Shown here in pieces: positions 45,345-55,366 of a stretch of 64,000 nt of DNA (positions within the stretch are counted from its first letter, which is position 1; the number at the start of each line of letters is the position of its first letter). The DNA lies in contig CBDDJQ010000011.1 in NCBI GenBank assembly GCA_965229825.1, positions 460,487 to 524,486 of the forward strand, written 5' to 3'. The DNA comes from Vicinamibacterales bacterium (GTDB lineage Bacteria > Acidobacteriota > Vicinamibacteria > Vicinamibacterales > UBA8438). Below the pieces are notes generated by a model, which was not told the DNA's origin, did not search any database, and saw nothing but the letters and a program-made list of their open reading frames with translations. The position numbers and the translations under genes were made by a program.

Positions 45345-47942
45345 ATGGTGATCCACTCCACCGCGCGGCAAGCCTTGGTGCTGTATTTCCTCTTCTGCGG
45401 GAGCGGATGCGCCGCGCTGATCTACGAGATCGCCTGGTTCCAGATCCTGCAGCTCGTGATCGGGTCGTCGCCGATCTCGGTCGCCGCCCTCCTGGCGAGC
45501 TTCATGGGCGGGATGGGGCTGGGGTGCATCGCGCTGCCGCGATTCGTGCCGCGGTCCTGGCACCCCCTGCGGGTCTATGCCGGGCTCGAGCTGGCCATCG
45601 GGGTCATCGGAGGCATTCTGCTCCTGGTGCTCCCTTCCGTTGGGGTCGTTTATCTGGCGGCGGTGGGATACGGTCTCGGAGGGGTCCTGCTGCGGGCGGC
45701 GGTCTGTGTGGCCTGTCTGCTGCCGCCGACGGTGCTGATGGGCGCGACGTTGCCGGCCGCCGCGCGCTGGGTGGGAACCTCACGCGCCGGGGTGGGACGG
45801 ATCGGCCGGTTCTATGCGGCCAACACCGCCGGAGCCGTGCTCGGCGTACTGCTGGCCAGCTTCTACCTGCTGCGGGTGCATGACACGGTGGTGGCGACGT
45901 TCGCCGCGGTCGCCGTGAACGCCGTCGTCGCGGCGGCGGCCCTGGGCATGGCGGCGTCGAGCGGTCCCGTTCGGCGCCCGGCGGCGGATGGCGCGGCGCA
46001 ACGGGCCGCGAAATCCCCGGTACCGAACGCGGCGGACGGCTCCAACGCAGGCGAAGCGGCTGCTACCCCGGCCGTCTCCGCGGTTCCGGCGGCGCTGGTG
46101 GTCATCTTCCTGTCGGGATTCGCCGCCCTCGGCGCCGAAGTGGTGTGGACGCGGCAGCTCTCGTTGCTCTTCGGCGCGACCGTCTACAACTTCTCGTTGA
46201 TTCTCGCGGTCTTCCTGGCGGGCATCGGGCTCGGCAGTGCCGGGGGCGCTCGCCTCGCGGCCCGGACCCTCCGTCCCGGCGCGGCGCTGGGGTGGTGTCA
46301 GATCGGCCTGCTGGCGTTCATTCCCTATGCCGCCGGCATGATCGGATACCGGCTCCCGCTCTGGCTGCCGGGAGCGGACGTCCTCTCGTGGGAGGCCGGG
46401 TTCCCCTGGTACCGGTTCCTGTACGACCTCGCGCGCTGCGCGGCCGCAATCGGTCCCGCCACCCTCTGCTGGGGGGCGAGCTTTCCGCTGGCCCTGGCCG
46501 CCGCCAACACCGGCGATGCCGACGCCGGCCGCCTGGTGGCCCGGGTGTCGGTCTGGCATACCGCGGGCGCGCTGGCCGGCGCCGTCCTCTTCAGCCTCGT
46601 GGTCATTCCCGGGCTGGGTACCCGACAGGCGCAGCAGGTGCTGGTCCTGCTCGCGGCGGCCGGGGCGGGGCTGCTGTTCCTGACGGCCGGGGCCGGCGGC
46701 TCGACGGCCGACCCGGTCCGGGGGCGATCGCCGCGGGGTGCCCCGGGGGCCCGCAGGACTCCGCGTTCGACCGGGGTCGGTGAGGCGCCCGCGTGGCAGG
46801 GCGCGGCGCGGGCGCCGGCCGGGCCCGGGCAACGCAGGCGCTTTCGCCATCGGCTCCTGGCGGCCGGGTTGGTGAGCGGGGTGGCGGTAATCGGTCTGCT
46901 GGCGGTGCCGGCGTCGCCGCCCGGACTGATCGCCTTCGGGCGCGACGTCGACGGATGGGGGACGATCGAACGGTATCTGTTCGTCGAGGAGGGCGTGAAC
47001 GCCTCGGTCGCGGTCAGCGACAGCGACATGGGATATCGCCAGCTCCACATCAGCGGAAAGGTGGTGGCGTCGACCATGGATCTCGACCTGCGGGTCGAGC
47101 GGATGCTCGGACATCTCCCGGCCCTGGTCCAGGGTGCGCCCCGCAGCGTCCTCGTCGTCGGGCTGGGGGCCGGGATTACCGCCGGAGCCTTCACCCGATA
47201 CCCGGAGGTCGAACGGATCGTCATCTGCGAAATCGAGCCGCGGGTGTCCGAGGCGTCGGACCGTTTCGCGATCGAGAACCACGGGGTTCGCCTCGATCCC
47301 CGCACGGAGCTCATCTACGACGATGCCCGCCACTTCCTGGCCACGACCGAGGAGCGGTTCGACGTCATCACGTCGGATCCGATTCATCCCTGGGTCCGGG
47401 GGGCGGCCAGCCTGTACTCCGCCGAGTACCACGATCTCGTCCTGCGACGGCTGCGCCCCGGCGGCGTCGTCGCGCAGTGGGTGCCGCTGTACGAGACCGA
47501 CGAGGCGTCGGCCAAGAGTCAGATCGCGACTTTCGCGCGTGCCTATCCCGACACTACCCTGTGGAGCAGCGGTCTTTTCGATGAGGGGTACGACCTGGTG
47601 TTGCTCGGCCACCCGGGTCCGGCGCGGGTCGATGGGCGGGAGATCACCCGGCGGCTCGCCGGTGATCCGGAGCTGCGGGCCTCGCTTGACGAGGTCGAGT
47701 TGGGCTCTACCGTCGACCTGCTGCGCACCTACGCCGGCCGGGCCTCGGACCTGGAGCCGTGGCTGCAGGATGCCGAGATCAACCGCGACCGCAATCTCCG
47801 CCTGCAGTATCTCGCGGGGTTGGCCCTGGATCTGCAGGATGCGTCCGGCATCTATCGCTCCATCATCCGATATCGGCGCTATCCCCTGGGTCTTTTCGAG
47901 GTGCCGGCGGATGACGAGGCGGCGATCCGGCGAGCCTTCTGA
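45345..47942 (+). CDS. Fused membrane (MFS-like)/spermidine synthase-like SAM-dependent protein
   Basis: SGCAALIYEIAW, LMGATLP, YAANTAGA; C-terminal VLVVGLGAGITAG, CEIEP.V, DDARHFL, FDVITSDP.HPW. Confidence 0.9.
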   Translation: MVIHSTARQALVLYFLFCGSGCAALIYEIAWFQILQLVIGSSPISVAALLASFMGGMGLGCIALPRFVPRSWHPLRVYAGLELAIGVIGGILLLVLPSVGVVYLAAVGYGLGGVLLRAAVCVACLLPPTVLMGATLPAAARWVGTSRAGVGRIGRFYAANTAGAVLGVLLASFYLLRVHDTVVATFAAVAVNAVVAAAALGMAASSGPVRRPAADGAAQRAAKSPVPNAADGSNAGEAAATPAVSAVPAALVVIFLSGFAALGAEVVWTRQLSLLFGATVYNFSLILAVFLAGIGLGSAGGARLAARTLRPGAALGWCQIGLLAFIPYAAGMIGYRLPLWLPGADVLSWEAGFPWYRFLYDLARCAAAIGPATLCWGASFPLALAAANTGDADAGRLVARVSVWHTAGALAGAVLFSLVVIPGLGTRQAQQVLVLLAAAGAGLLFLTAGAGGSTADPVRGRSPRGAPGARRTPRSTGVGEAPAWQGAARAPAGPGQRRRFRHRLLAAGLVSGVAVIGLLAVPASPPGLIAFGRDVDGWGTIERYLFVEEGVNASVAVSDSDMGYRQLHISGKVVASTMDLDLRVERMLGHLPALVQGAPRSVLVVGLGAGITAGAFTRYPEVERIVICEIEPRVSEASDRFAIENHGVRLDPRTELIYDDARHFLATTEERFDVITSDPIHPWVRGAASLYSAEYHDLVLRRLRPGGVVAQWVPLYETDEASAKSQIATFARAYPDTTLWSSGLFDEGYDLVLLGHPGPARVDGREITRRLAGDPELRASLDEVELGSTVDLLRTYAGRASDLEPWLQDAEINRDRNLRLQYLAGLALDLQDASGIYRSIIRYRRYPLGLFEVPADDEAAIRRAF

Positions 47943-48047
47943 CGGGTTCGATTCCCCGTTGCCGGGCCGGCCCGGAAATCGTCGCCCGGCGGCTTCGATT
48001 GCCGCCCCGAACAACCCTCCGGAGTCGCGGTTCTGCGGCGCAAGCTC

Positions 48048-49886
48048 CTATTCGGGCTCGGAAGGCTCCCCGCGATAGTCGCGGATCACGTCGAGCACGA
48101 TGGGGCCCAGATCTTCGGCCTTCCGGGCGCCGATGCCGTAGACCTGCAGGAGCTCGGCCGCCGTCGTCGGCCGCCGCCGGGCGAGGTCGCGCAACGTGTT
48201 GTCGTGGAAGACGACGTAGGGCGGAACGCCCCGGGCTCGCGCGACTTCGAGCCGGCACTGCCGCAGGGCGTCGAACAGCTCGCGATCGACCCCTTCCCAC
48301 GTGGCGGGGTCGTGCGTGGGCCGGCGCGTGCGCTGGCCGGGCGCCGGCCGCGGCTGGCGGTAGAGCTCGACTGCCCCCTCGCCCTTCAGGGCGGCCACCC
48401 CGTCGCCGGTGAGCTGGAGCACGGGATAGGACCCCGGCGTGCGCAGCAGCAGATGCTGTTCGGTGAGCTGGTCGAGATAGCCGCGCAATTCGGCGATCGG
48501 GACGTCGGCAAGCAGCCCGAAGGTACTGAGCTCCCGATGGCGTTCCCGCGTGACCGCTTCGGTGGTGCGGCCGCGCAGCACGTCGATGACATGGCCGCCC
48601 CCCCACCGCTGCCCCAGCCGGGCCACCGTCGAGAGGATCTTCTGGCACAGGACCAGCGCCTCTTCGACGCGCTCCAACTCCTTGAGGCACCAGTCGCAGG
48701 CGTCGCAGGTGTCGCGCGCGTAGGGCTGGTCGAAGTACTCGACGAGGGTGCGGTGCCGGCAGCGGGTGCCCGCCGCGTAGCGCTCCATGCCCGTCAGCAG
48801 CCGCCGCGCCGTGTCCGACAGTTCGCCGCTCTGCTCGAGCATCTGACGCCATCGGGCGAAGTCGCCGCCCGAGTAGAACAAAATGCACTCCGCCTCGAGG
48901 CCGTCCCGGCCCGCCCGGCCCGACTCCTGCTGGTAGTGCTCGAGCGATCGCGGCGACCCCGCGTGGATCACGTAGCGGATGTTCGAGCGATCGATCCCCA
49001 TGCCGAAGGCCACGGTGGCGGCCATGATGTCCACGCGCTCCTGGAGGAACTCCTCCTGGTGCCGCCGCCGCTTCTCGTCCGGCAGGCCCGCGTGATAGGG
49101 GAGGGCGCGATGGCCCTGCGCCTCCAGCCATTCGGCGATCGATTCGACCTCGCGCCGCGAGAGGCAGTAGACGATGCCCGCCTCTCCGGCGTGGCGGTCC
49201 AGCACCCGGCCGATCTGGTCCCTGAGACCGATCCGGCTTCGCACCCGGTAGATCAGGTTGGGCCGGTCGAACGAGCCGACGAGCACCTCTGGATCGCGCA
49301 GGGCGAGCTGCGCGATGATGTCCTCGCGCACCTGCCGGGTGGCGGTGGCCGTGAACGCGTGCAGCGCCACGCCGGGGAAGTCGTCCCTGAGCCGCGCGAG
49401 CTGTCGATACTCGGGGCGGAACTCATGCCCCCACTGGCTGATGCAATGCGCCTCGTCGACCGCGACGAAGCGGACGCCCCAGGTCCGGAGCCGCGCCCGG
49501 AACGGTTCGCCACCCTCGCCCACGAGGCGCTCCGGGGTGACGTAGAGCAGCCGGCAGCGCCCCTCGTCGAGGTCGGAGTACACCCGGCGCCGTTCGTCCG
49601 GGGTGATCGAGGCGTTGAGGGCGGCGGCCGACACCCCGTTCTCCACCAGGCCGTCCACCTGGTCCTTCATCAGCGATATGAGCGGTGACACGACGAGTCC
49701 GAGCCCCCCGTCGGGCTCGACGAGGGCCGGCATCTGGAAGCACAGCGACTTGCCGCCCCCCGTCGGCAGCACGACCACGCTGTCGCGGCCCTGCAGGTTG
49801 GCGGCGATCGCCTCCCGTTGCAGGGGGCGGAACTCCCGGTAGCCCCAGTAGTTCGCGAGGGTGTCGAGCAGGACCGATTCGTCCAC
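48048..49886 (-). CDS. recQ: ATP-dependent DNA helicase RecQ
   Basis: FRPLQREAI, PTGGGKSLCFQ, VDEAHCISQWGHEFRPEY, ATVAFGMGID, QESGRAGRDG, zinc-binding C..CD.C, RQC and HRDC domains. Confidence 0.97.
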   Translation of the reverse strand: MDESVLLDTLANYWGYREFRPLQREAIAANLQGRDSVVVLPTGGGKSLCFQMPALVEPDGGLGLVVSPLISLMKDQVDGLVENGVSAAALNASITPDERRRVYSDLDEGRCRLLYVTPERLVGEGGEPFRARLRTWGVRFVAVDEAHCISQWGHEFRPEYRQLARLRDDFPGVALHAFTATATRQVREDIIAQLALRDPEVLVGSFDRPNLIYRVRSRIGLRDQIGRVLDRHAGEAGIVYCLSRREVESIAEWLEAQGHRALPYHAGLPDEKRRRHQEEFLQERVDIMAATVAFGMGIDRSNIRYVIHAGSPRSLEHYQQESGRAGRDGLEAECILFYSGGDFARWRQMLEQSGELSDTARRLLTGMERYAAGTRCRHRTLVEYFDQPYARDTCDACDWCLKELERVEEALVLCQKILSTVARLGQRWGGGHVIDVLRGRTTEAVTRERHRELSTFGLLADVPIAELRGYLDQLTEQHLLLRTPGSYPVLQLTGDGVAALKGEGAVELYRQPRPAPGQRTRRPTHDPATWEGVDRELFDALRQCRLEVARARGVPPYVVFHDNTLRDLARRRPTTAAELLQVYGIGARKAEDLGPIVLDVIRDYRGEPSEPE

Positions 49887-50065
49887 CTCTCGGGCTACCG
49901 GGCGGGGCGTTTCAGGCCGAATCGGCACACCTGAAGAGATGCAAGGGGTTGGCCGTGCCGAGCCACGGAGTGGCCTGGCGGATTCTGCCGCATCGAGCGG
50001 TCGATCCCCCGGCGCCCCCGGTCGGTCGGGGGTGCGCCGGGGAACCGCGGCGGTTCGCTCGACTC

Positions 50066-50551
50066 CTATTGCGCCGGTCCGCGTCCGGCCGCGCGCCGCC
50101 ACGCCGCGATCTGACCCAGATGGTCCATTTCGTGCGAGGTCATCATGAAGGCCACCATCGACCCGACGGTGGGGAAATAGGCCCGCATCTGCTCGTTGGG
50201 ATGTTCGGCGTCGAGCACCGCGGCATCGATGCCGGCCAGGGCCGCCTTCCAGCGGTCGTGCACCGCTTCGAGCTCTGCGAGCAGGGCGTCCTTGTCCGGA
50301 TAGCCGGTCGGGTCGCCGCTCGGCGTGCCGCCGGTCTTGAATACGTCGCGCCATGTCTCCGGCGCCTGCGGCTCGATGCCGAGCACCTTCCCGGCGCCGT
50401 CCGCCGACATCACCACGTGTCCGAGGCTCCAGGCCGGATGGTTGACCAGGCCGTTGGGCTGGGCGCACATCTGATCGTCGGGGATGTCCTTGACGAGCCG
50501 TTTCGCGATGTTCAATTGCATATCGTAGGCGTGCAGCAGGTGCGTGAGCAT
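50066..50551 (-). CDS. DinB-family protein
   Basis: NHPAWSLGH...HEMDHLGQI histidine triad. Confidence 0.88.
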   Translation of the reverse strand: MLTHLLHAYDMQLNIAKRLVKDIPDDQMCAQPNGLVNHPAWSLGHVVMSADGAGKVLGIEPQAPETWRDVFKTGGTPSGDPTGYPDKDALLAELEAVHDRWKAALAGIDAAVLDAEHPNEQMRAYFPTVGSMVAFMMTSHEMDHLGQIAAWRRAAGRGPAQ

Positions 50552-50730
50552 GAAAAAGTCGTTCTCCCGAGGGTAAGGGCGGGGCAGCCCGCGGACCGGT
50601 TCGTCGGCCGCTCGGCCGTCCCCGGCCGATGGCCGGTGGTGCGCGAACCCTCGCCGGTTCGCTACAGGAACGATTATAGTGCGCTTGCGGAACGGCGTCG
50701 CAAGGATCACACTGAGCGGATGGCTGGCCG

Positions 50731-51300
50731 GTGGAGGTGGGTGTGAAGGGTGGCAGATGCGGTTTGTCGGTAGCGGGGATGCTCCTGGTCGCGGGGCTCG
50801 CGGCCGCGCAGCGCCCCGATTTTTCCGGGATGTGGACGCTCGACCGCGCGGCGAGCGATTTTACGGCGCCGGCGTTCAGCGGCGGCCGCGGCGGGGACGA
50901 CGTCGGCCGTCTGTTCATCACCCATGCCGCCAACGGCACGGTGGTCGTCGGCTCGGAGACCAACGGCGTCAAGGCTTGGTCCTATACGCCCGGACGCGAG
51001 CTCACCATTCCCGTCGGCCGCGACACCACGATGCAGGCCACGTCGCGGTGGGAGGGCGAGCGGCTGGTGGCGGAAGGGACGCAGGGCGACATGACGATGC
51101 ACGAGGTGATGTCGCTGAGTCCGGACGGCGGGACCCTGACCATCGAGGTGACCACCGGGACGCCGGCGGGGGAGACCCGCAACCGGCTGGTCTATCGGGC
51201 GAATGGCCCCGTCGGGGCGTGCGAGACCTGGGCGATGCCGTGCAAGGAGTTCCCGCAGGACGTGCCCTCGTCCGCGGCGCACGAGGTATCACCGCGATGA
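50731..51300 (+). CDS. Hypothetical secreted protein (start uncertain)
   Basis: Signal peptide then QRPDFSGMWTLD..AS; SLSPDG.TLTIE; stop overlaps the next ATG. Confidence 0.7.
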   Translation: MEVGVKGGRCGLSVAGMLLVAGLAAAQRPDFSGMWTLDRAASDFTAPAFSGGRGGDDVGRLFITHAANGTVVVGSETNGVKAWSYTPGRELTIPVGRDTTMQATSRWEGERLVAEGTQGDMTMHEVMSLSPDGGTLTIEVTTGTPAGETRNRLVYRANGPVGACETWAMPCKEFPQDVPSSAAHEVSPR

Positions 51301-52616
51301 CGAGATACGAGACACCGATCACGATCGCCCTGGCCGCGATCCTCTTGCAGGCCGCCGCGGCGGCCGGTGCGCAGGAAGGGGAGTGGCGCCAGTGGGCGGG
51401 GCGGAACCGCGATTTCACGGCCGACTCGACGGGCCTTGCCGAGAGCTGGCCGGCTTCGGGACCGCCCGAGATCTGGAGTCGGCCCCTGGGGGCCGGGCAT
51501 TCCTCCATCCTCGTTTCCGGAGGCCGGTTGTTCACCATGTACCGCGTCTCGCACGCCGACGGCGGCGGCGCGCCCTGGACGCCGCGCGAAGCGGTCGTCG
51601 CCCTCGACGCGGCGACCGGCGCGACGCTGTGGGAGTACGAGTACGCGTCCAAGAACCAGGACTTCGACCAGGGGGCGGGGCCGCACGCGACGCCGCTGCT
51701 GGCCGGCGGCCGCCTGTTCACCGTCGGCAGTAACAAGGAGCTGCACGTCTTCGAGCCCGAGACCGGCGAGCTGCTGTGGTCGAAGAACCTCATCACCGAC
51801 TTCGGCGCGCCGCCGTTGCTGATCCGCTCGATGATCAAGCCGGGGTCGGGGATGAGTCCGACTCCCTACCAGGACACCATCCTTCTGCAGGTCGGCGGAC
51901 CCGGCCAGTCGGTGATCGCGTTGCGGCAGCGTGACGGCGAGGTGGTCTGGAAGAGCGGCAGCTTCCTCGTATCGCATGCCGCGGTGGGGCTGATTCCCGT
52001 CGACGGCCGGACCCACGCGGTGGTATTCGCGGGTCAGGCGGTGGTCGGCATGGATCCCGACACCGGCGAGGTGCTCTGGGCCCACCCCCACGACGCCGGC
52101 AACGACTTCAACTTCCAGATTCCCCATTACGACCCCGAGCGCCGGGTACTGTTCTTCTCGTCCGGCTACATCGGCGGCAGCCAGGCGATTCGCCTCGTGC
52201 CCGACGGGGACATCGTGCACACCGAGGCGTTGTGGGCCGATCGCCTCCTGCGGTTCACCTTTCTCAACGTGCTGAAGATCGGCGGCTTCATCTACGGCAC
52301 GAGCGGCCAGGGCGCGACCGCGGTGCTGACCGCCACCCACATGGAAACGGGCGAGACCGCGTGGCGCGAGCGCGGCTTCAGCCGCGCGACCATGGTCTAC
52401 GGGGACGGGAAGGCGATCATCCTGGAAGAGGACGGCGACCTCTCGCTCGTCCGGCTGAGCCCGAACGGCCTTGAGCGCTTGGCCGGCACGCAACTGTTCG
52501 ACACACGTTCGTGGACGGTGCCGACCCTCGTGGGGACCACCCTCTATGCCCGCGACCGCGCCCGCATCGTCGCCCTCGACCTGGGAGCCCGCGGGGAGCG
52601 CGCGGGGGGTCGGTAG
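51297..52616 (+). CDS. PQQ-like (BamB) beta-propeller repeat protein
   Basis: W.QWAG.NR, P.EIWSRPLG.G.SS; repeated LDAATG..LW, E..TGE.LW, D.DTGEVLW tryptophan-docking motifs. Confidence 0.87.
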   Translation: MTRYETPITIALAAILLQAAAAAGAQEGEWRQWAGRNRDFTADSTGLAESWPASGPPEIWSRPLGAGHSSILVSGGRLFTMYRVSHADGGGAPWTPREAVVALDAATGATLWEYEYASKNQDFDQGAGPHATPLLAGGRLFTVGSNKELHVFEPETGELLWSKNLITDFGAPPLLIRSMIKPGSGMSPTPYQDTILLQVGGPGQSVIALRQRDGEVVWKSGSFLVSHAAVGLIPVDGRTHAVVFAGQAVVGMDPDTGEVLWAHPHDAGNDFNFQIPHYDPERRVLFFSSGYIGGSQAIRLVPDGDIVHTEALWADRLLRFTFLNVLKIGGFIYGTSGQGATAVLTATHMETGETAWRERGFSRATMVYGDGKAIILEEDGDLSLVRLSPNGLERLAGTQLFDTRSWTVPTLVGTTLYARDRARIVALDLGARGERAGGR

Positions 52617-52712
52617 GACGAACCCCTCAGCCCTCAGCCGAAGGACCAAACGCCGAGACCCATCGGCGTGGACGAGCCCGCATCCGGCGCCCGCCGGTCA
52701 GGGAATCCGGCG

Positions 52713-54377
52713 CTATTCGTCGTCCGACGCCTCGCTGTCCGCAATCGCCGGCGCCGTCCGTTCCGCAGGCAGACTCACGCGCCGTTGCAGCATGAAGTCC
52801 CGCTCGCCCTCGATCAGGGTAGCCAGCCGTGCGTTCAGCAGACCGGCCCGGTCATCGTCTCGCAGCCGGCCAATGCAGTCGGCCGGGAAGCCGTGTGTCG
52901 GCAGCAGCCTCCTCAGCGCGTCGTCGTCCAGCGCGGACAGCGCGCCCCACGCCTGTCCGACATGATCTTCGTCCACGAACAATCGGTTCGCCGGACTGGA
53001 AACCAGCTCGGGCGGGTCGGGGTTGGACCACACGTAACCCACCGCGTCGGTTCCCAGCAGGGACAGAAGCGGACCCGGATCCAGATCGGCGCCGCCTCGG
53101 AGCGACCGAGGACGAAGGGACACCAGGTACAGCAGGAATGCGCGTACGCGGGCGCTTCGCGCGTCGAAACGGTCGGGAAACGGCTGCGCCGGCATGTCCA
53201 GATCGACCACGTTGAACGTCTCGCTCTTCCCCTGTGCAAGGTTGCGGACTTCCTCCAAGGCGCGCTTGGCCTGCGCCGTGTTGACGCCGCCGAACCAGCC
53301 CGTGAACGACGTCACCCAGAACCAGCGCCTCAGCAGCTTGACTGTTCCTGCTGCCGGCTGCGGGCAGATGCGATGGAACTCGCCGAGCAGCACGAGTTGC
53401 AGTCCGTAAGGAAGCAGGCGGTCGGAAGTGACGCCGAGACCCTGGAGCATCTCTAGCGCCAGTCTGATGCCTTGCGTGGCGGCGTCGAACCCTTCCGGGA
53501 GTCTCTTGCGGACTTCCGGCTTGACCATGAGGTCCGCCCAGTCCTTGGCATAGATGTCCAGTTCGAGCGCCGCGAGCACCGACCTGAGAAGAAAGACGCG
53601 ATCGAGGTTTCCGAAGCCCTTCTTCTTCAGCTCGGCCTTGAACTCGCTGAGCATGCTGGCGAGATGGAACTCTCCCTCCTGGTAGGTCAGTGCGGAAACC
53701 AGCTCGTCCGCAGCCATCTTGCGTCCGGTGCGGTTCAGGCGAGCGAAGACCGTGACAGCGCTCTCCAGGTCCGCCTCGCGGATGTGAATAAGCGGGAGCT
53801 GATAGTCCCGAAAGGCGCTCGAGAGGCGGTCCGCCTCGTCGAGCCAGTGCTGGGCGCGACGCTCGTCGTCGACCTGGTCTTGTATCCGACGGCAGGCCTC
53901 GAAGAATCCCGCCGTGTTGAGCAGGCTGCGCACGGGAAAGTACCGTGGGTCCGAGTCCTTCAGCAGCTTGCGGTGGTCGATGAATGCCTGCTCTTCAAGG
54001 TCGTAGTACACGCGCCAGTCGATGTGGTCCACGATCGGGTCCATGTCGTCGGTCAGCCGTAGCGTCCCTGCAAGGGTCGAGACGCGTTGCTGGCCGTCGA
54101 GCAGGTACCCAACTGAGCCGTCCGGACTCGGACTGATTTCCAACGGGCCGATGCGCGGGGTGGACTGGATCCCCTTCTCCGTATCCCAGACGAGGATCGA
54201 GCCGATGGGAAAACCGCGCCGAACGCTGTCGAGCAGTGCGATCAGGTCAGGCTGATTCCACACGAAGGCACGCTGGAACCTCGGGACGCGAACCTTGCCG
54301 GCAGCGACGCGTTCCACGAGCTTGCCCAGAAAGACGACTTCCGGAACGACTTCGGTGTGCTTCTCGATGTCGGACAT
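52713..54377 (-). CDS. DUF262 (ParB/Srx-fold, GmrSD N-terminal) protein with apparently degenerate C-terminal HNH region
   Basis: VPRFQRAFVW, FPIGSILVW, LLDGQQRVSTL, VFARLNRTG; C-terminal SPANRLFV without a preceding (D/E)H motif. Confidence 0.9.
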   Translation of the reverse strand: MSDIEKHTEVVPEVVFLGKLVERVAAGKVRVPRFQRAFVWNQPDLIALLDSVRRGFPIGSILVWDTEKGIQSTPRIGPLEISPSPDGSVGYLLDGQQRVSTLAGTLRLTDDMDPIVDHIDWRVYYDLEEQAFIDHRKLLKDSDPRYFPVRSLLNTAGFFEACRRIQDQVDDERRAQHWLDEADRLSSAFRDYQLPLIHIREADLESAVTVFARLNRTGRKMAADELVSALTYQEGEFHLASMLSEFKAELKKKGFGNLDRVFLLRSVLAALELDIYAKDWADLMVKPEVRKRLPEGFDAATQGIRLALEMLQGLGVTSDRLLPYGLQLVLLGEFHRICPQPAAGTVKLLRRWFWVTSFTGWFGGVNTAQAKRALEEVRNLAQGKSETFNVVDLDMPAQPFPDRFDARSARVRAFLLYLVSLRPRSLRGGADLDPGPLLSLLGTDAVGYVWSNPDPPELVSSPANRLFVDEDHVGQAWGALSALDDDALRRLLPTHGFPADCIGRLRDDDRAGLLNARLATLIEGERDFMLQRRVSLPAERTAPAIADSEASDDE

Positions 54378-54379
54378 GC

Positions 54380-55360
54380 CTACAGTTCCTGGCGGATCAA
54401 CTCGATGCCGTGCTCGATGTCGCCTCGTCCGCGAGCCAGCAGTTCGTTCCTGACCTCCCGCACGTGCCACACGCTCCAGCATTCGTGCACGTTCCGTCCG
54501 AATCCCTTGGCGAGAGTCTCCCGGTCGTCGTCAGGCAGGTCGGCGAACAGGTCCTCCTCGATCGGCGTGGGTGTCTCCGGGAAGCCACGCTTCATGTCGA
54601 AGAAGTCCTTCTGTTCATTGCTGAGTCTCTCCCTTGCGTCGACTATTCTTGCGCGTTCGGTCCCTGCGTGTTCGGCGTGGACGTTGGGTCTCGCGCGGAG
54701 GAGGACTCGGGGCAGATAGTTCTCCGCTTCCCGCTTGGCGAGCACCCAGCAGGGAAGTCCATGCCTGTCGCAGGTCTTGAGGAGGCGTCGGGCGTCTCCG
54801 CTCTCCGAGTCTCCCGGACCCTTCCGGTCGCTGTCGATGACGGCGACGAGCCGCGGACGATACGTCACTGCGCCAGTCCGCTTCTCGACTTCCTGCGGCA
54901 TCTGGCCTTTGCCGCCCACGCTGTCGAATCGGATCGGTTCACCCTCGCGTCGCCACACGCCATGAAGGGGCTTGTCGAGCTCTGTCACGATCCGTGCGAC
55001 GAACGCGCCGTCGCTGCCCCTGTTCTCGACGAGGATCACGAGCGGCTCGTCGGCCAGGCGGCTTGCCTCCTCGGGCGCGAGCTCATCCGGCGCGGCCGGA
55101 AGCGCAGTCACTCGCAAGCGCCGGGTGTGCGGGGTCAGCGTCCAAGCGCCGCGCCCAGCCGACTTGACGAGCAGCTCGCGCAGTCGCTCGCCCTGCCTGC
55201 CGGGGTCGCTGACCCACGTCGTGGCCTCGATGGCGTCGGCATCCGGCGTATCGGTCAGGTCCCAGACGTGCCAGCCGTCGTCGATCCTGCGCACGATGCG
55301 GTCAAGCCACTGGTGCGCGTCCGGATCATTCGCCACGCTGATGTCGATCGTGATGCGCAC
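54380..55360 (-). CDS. Uncharacterised protein with OLD-type TOPRIM-like domain
   Basis: LVILVENRGSDGAF, VGGKG, VAVIDSD (DxD), VLAKREAENYLP. Confidence 0.7.
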   Translation of the reverse strand: MRITIDISVANDPDAHQWLDRIVRRIDDGWHVWDLTDTPDADAIEATTWVSDPGRQGERLRELLVKSAGRGAWTLTPHTRRLRVTALPAAPDELAPEEASRLADEPLVILVENRGSDGAFVARIVTELDKPLHGVWRREGEPIRFDSVGGKGQMPQEVEKRTGAVTYRPRLVAVIDSDRKGPGDSESGDARRLLKTCDRHGLPCWVLAKREAENYLPRVLLRARPNVHAEHAGTERARIVDARERLSNEQKDFFDMKRGFPETPTPIEEDLFADLPDDDRETLAKGFGRNVHECWSVWHVREVRNELLARGRGDIEHGIELIRQEL

Positions 55361-55366
55361 GGCCGT

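Noticed and set aside
48048-50972. 974-aa RecQ with N-terminal extension
   Set aside because: The extension overlaps the DinB gene out of frame; RecQ homology starts near 49886.
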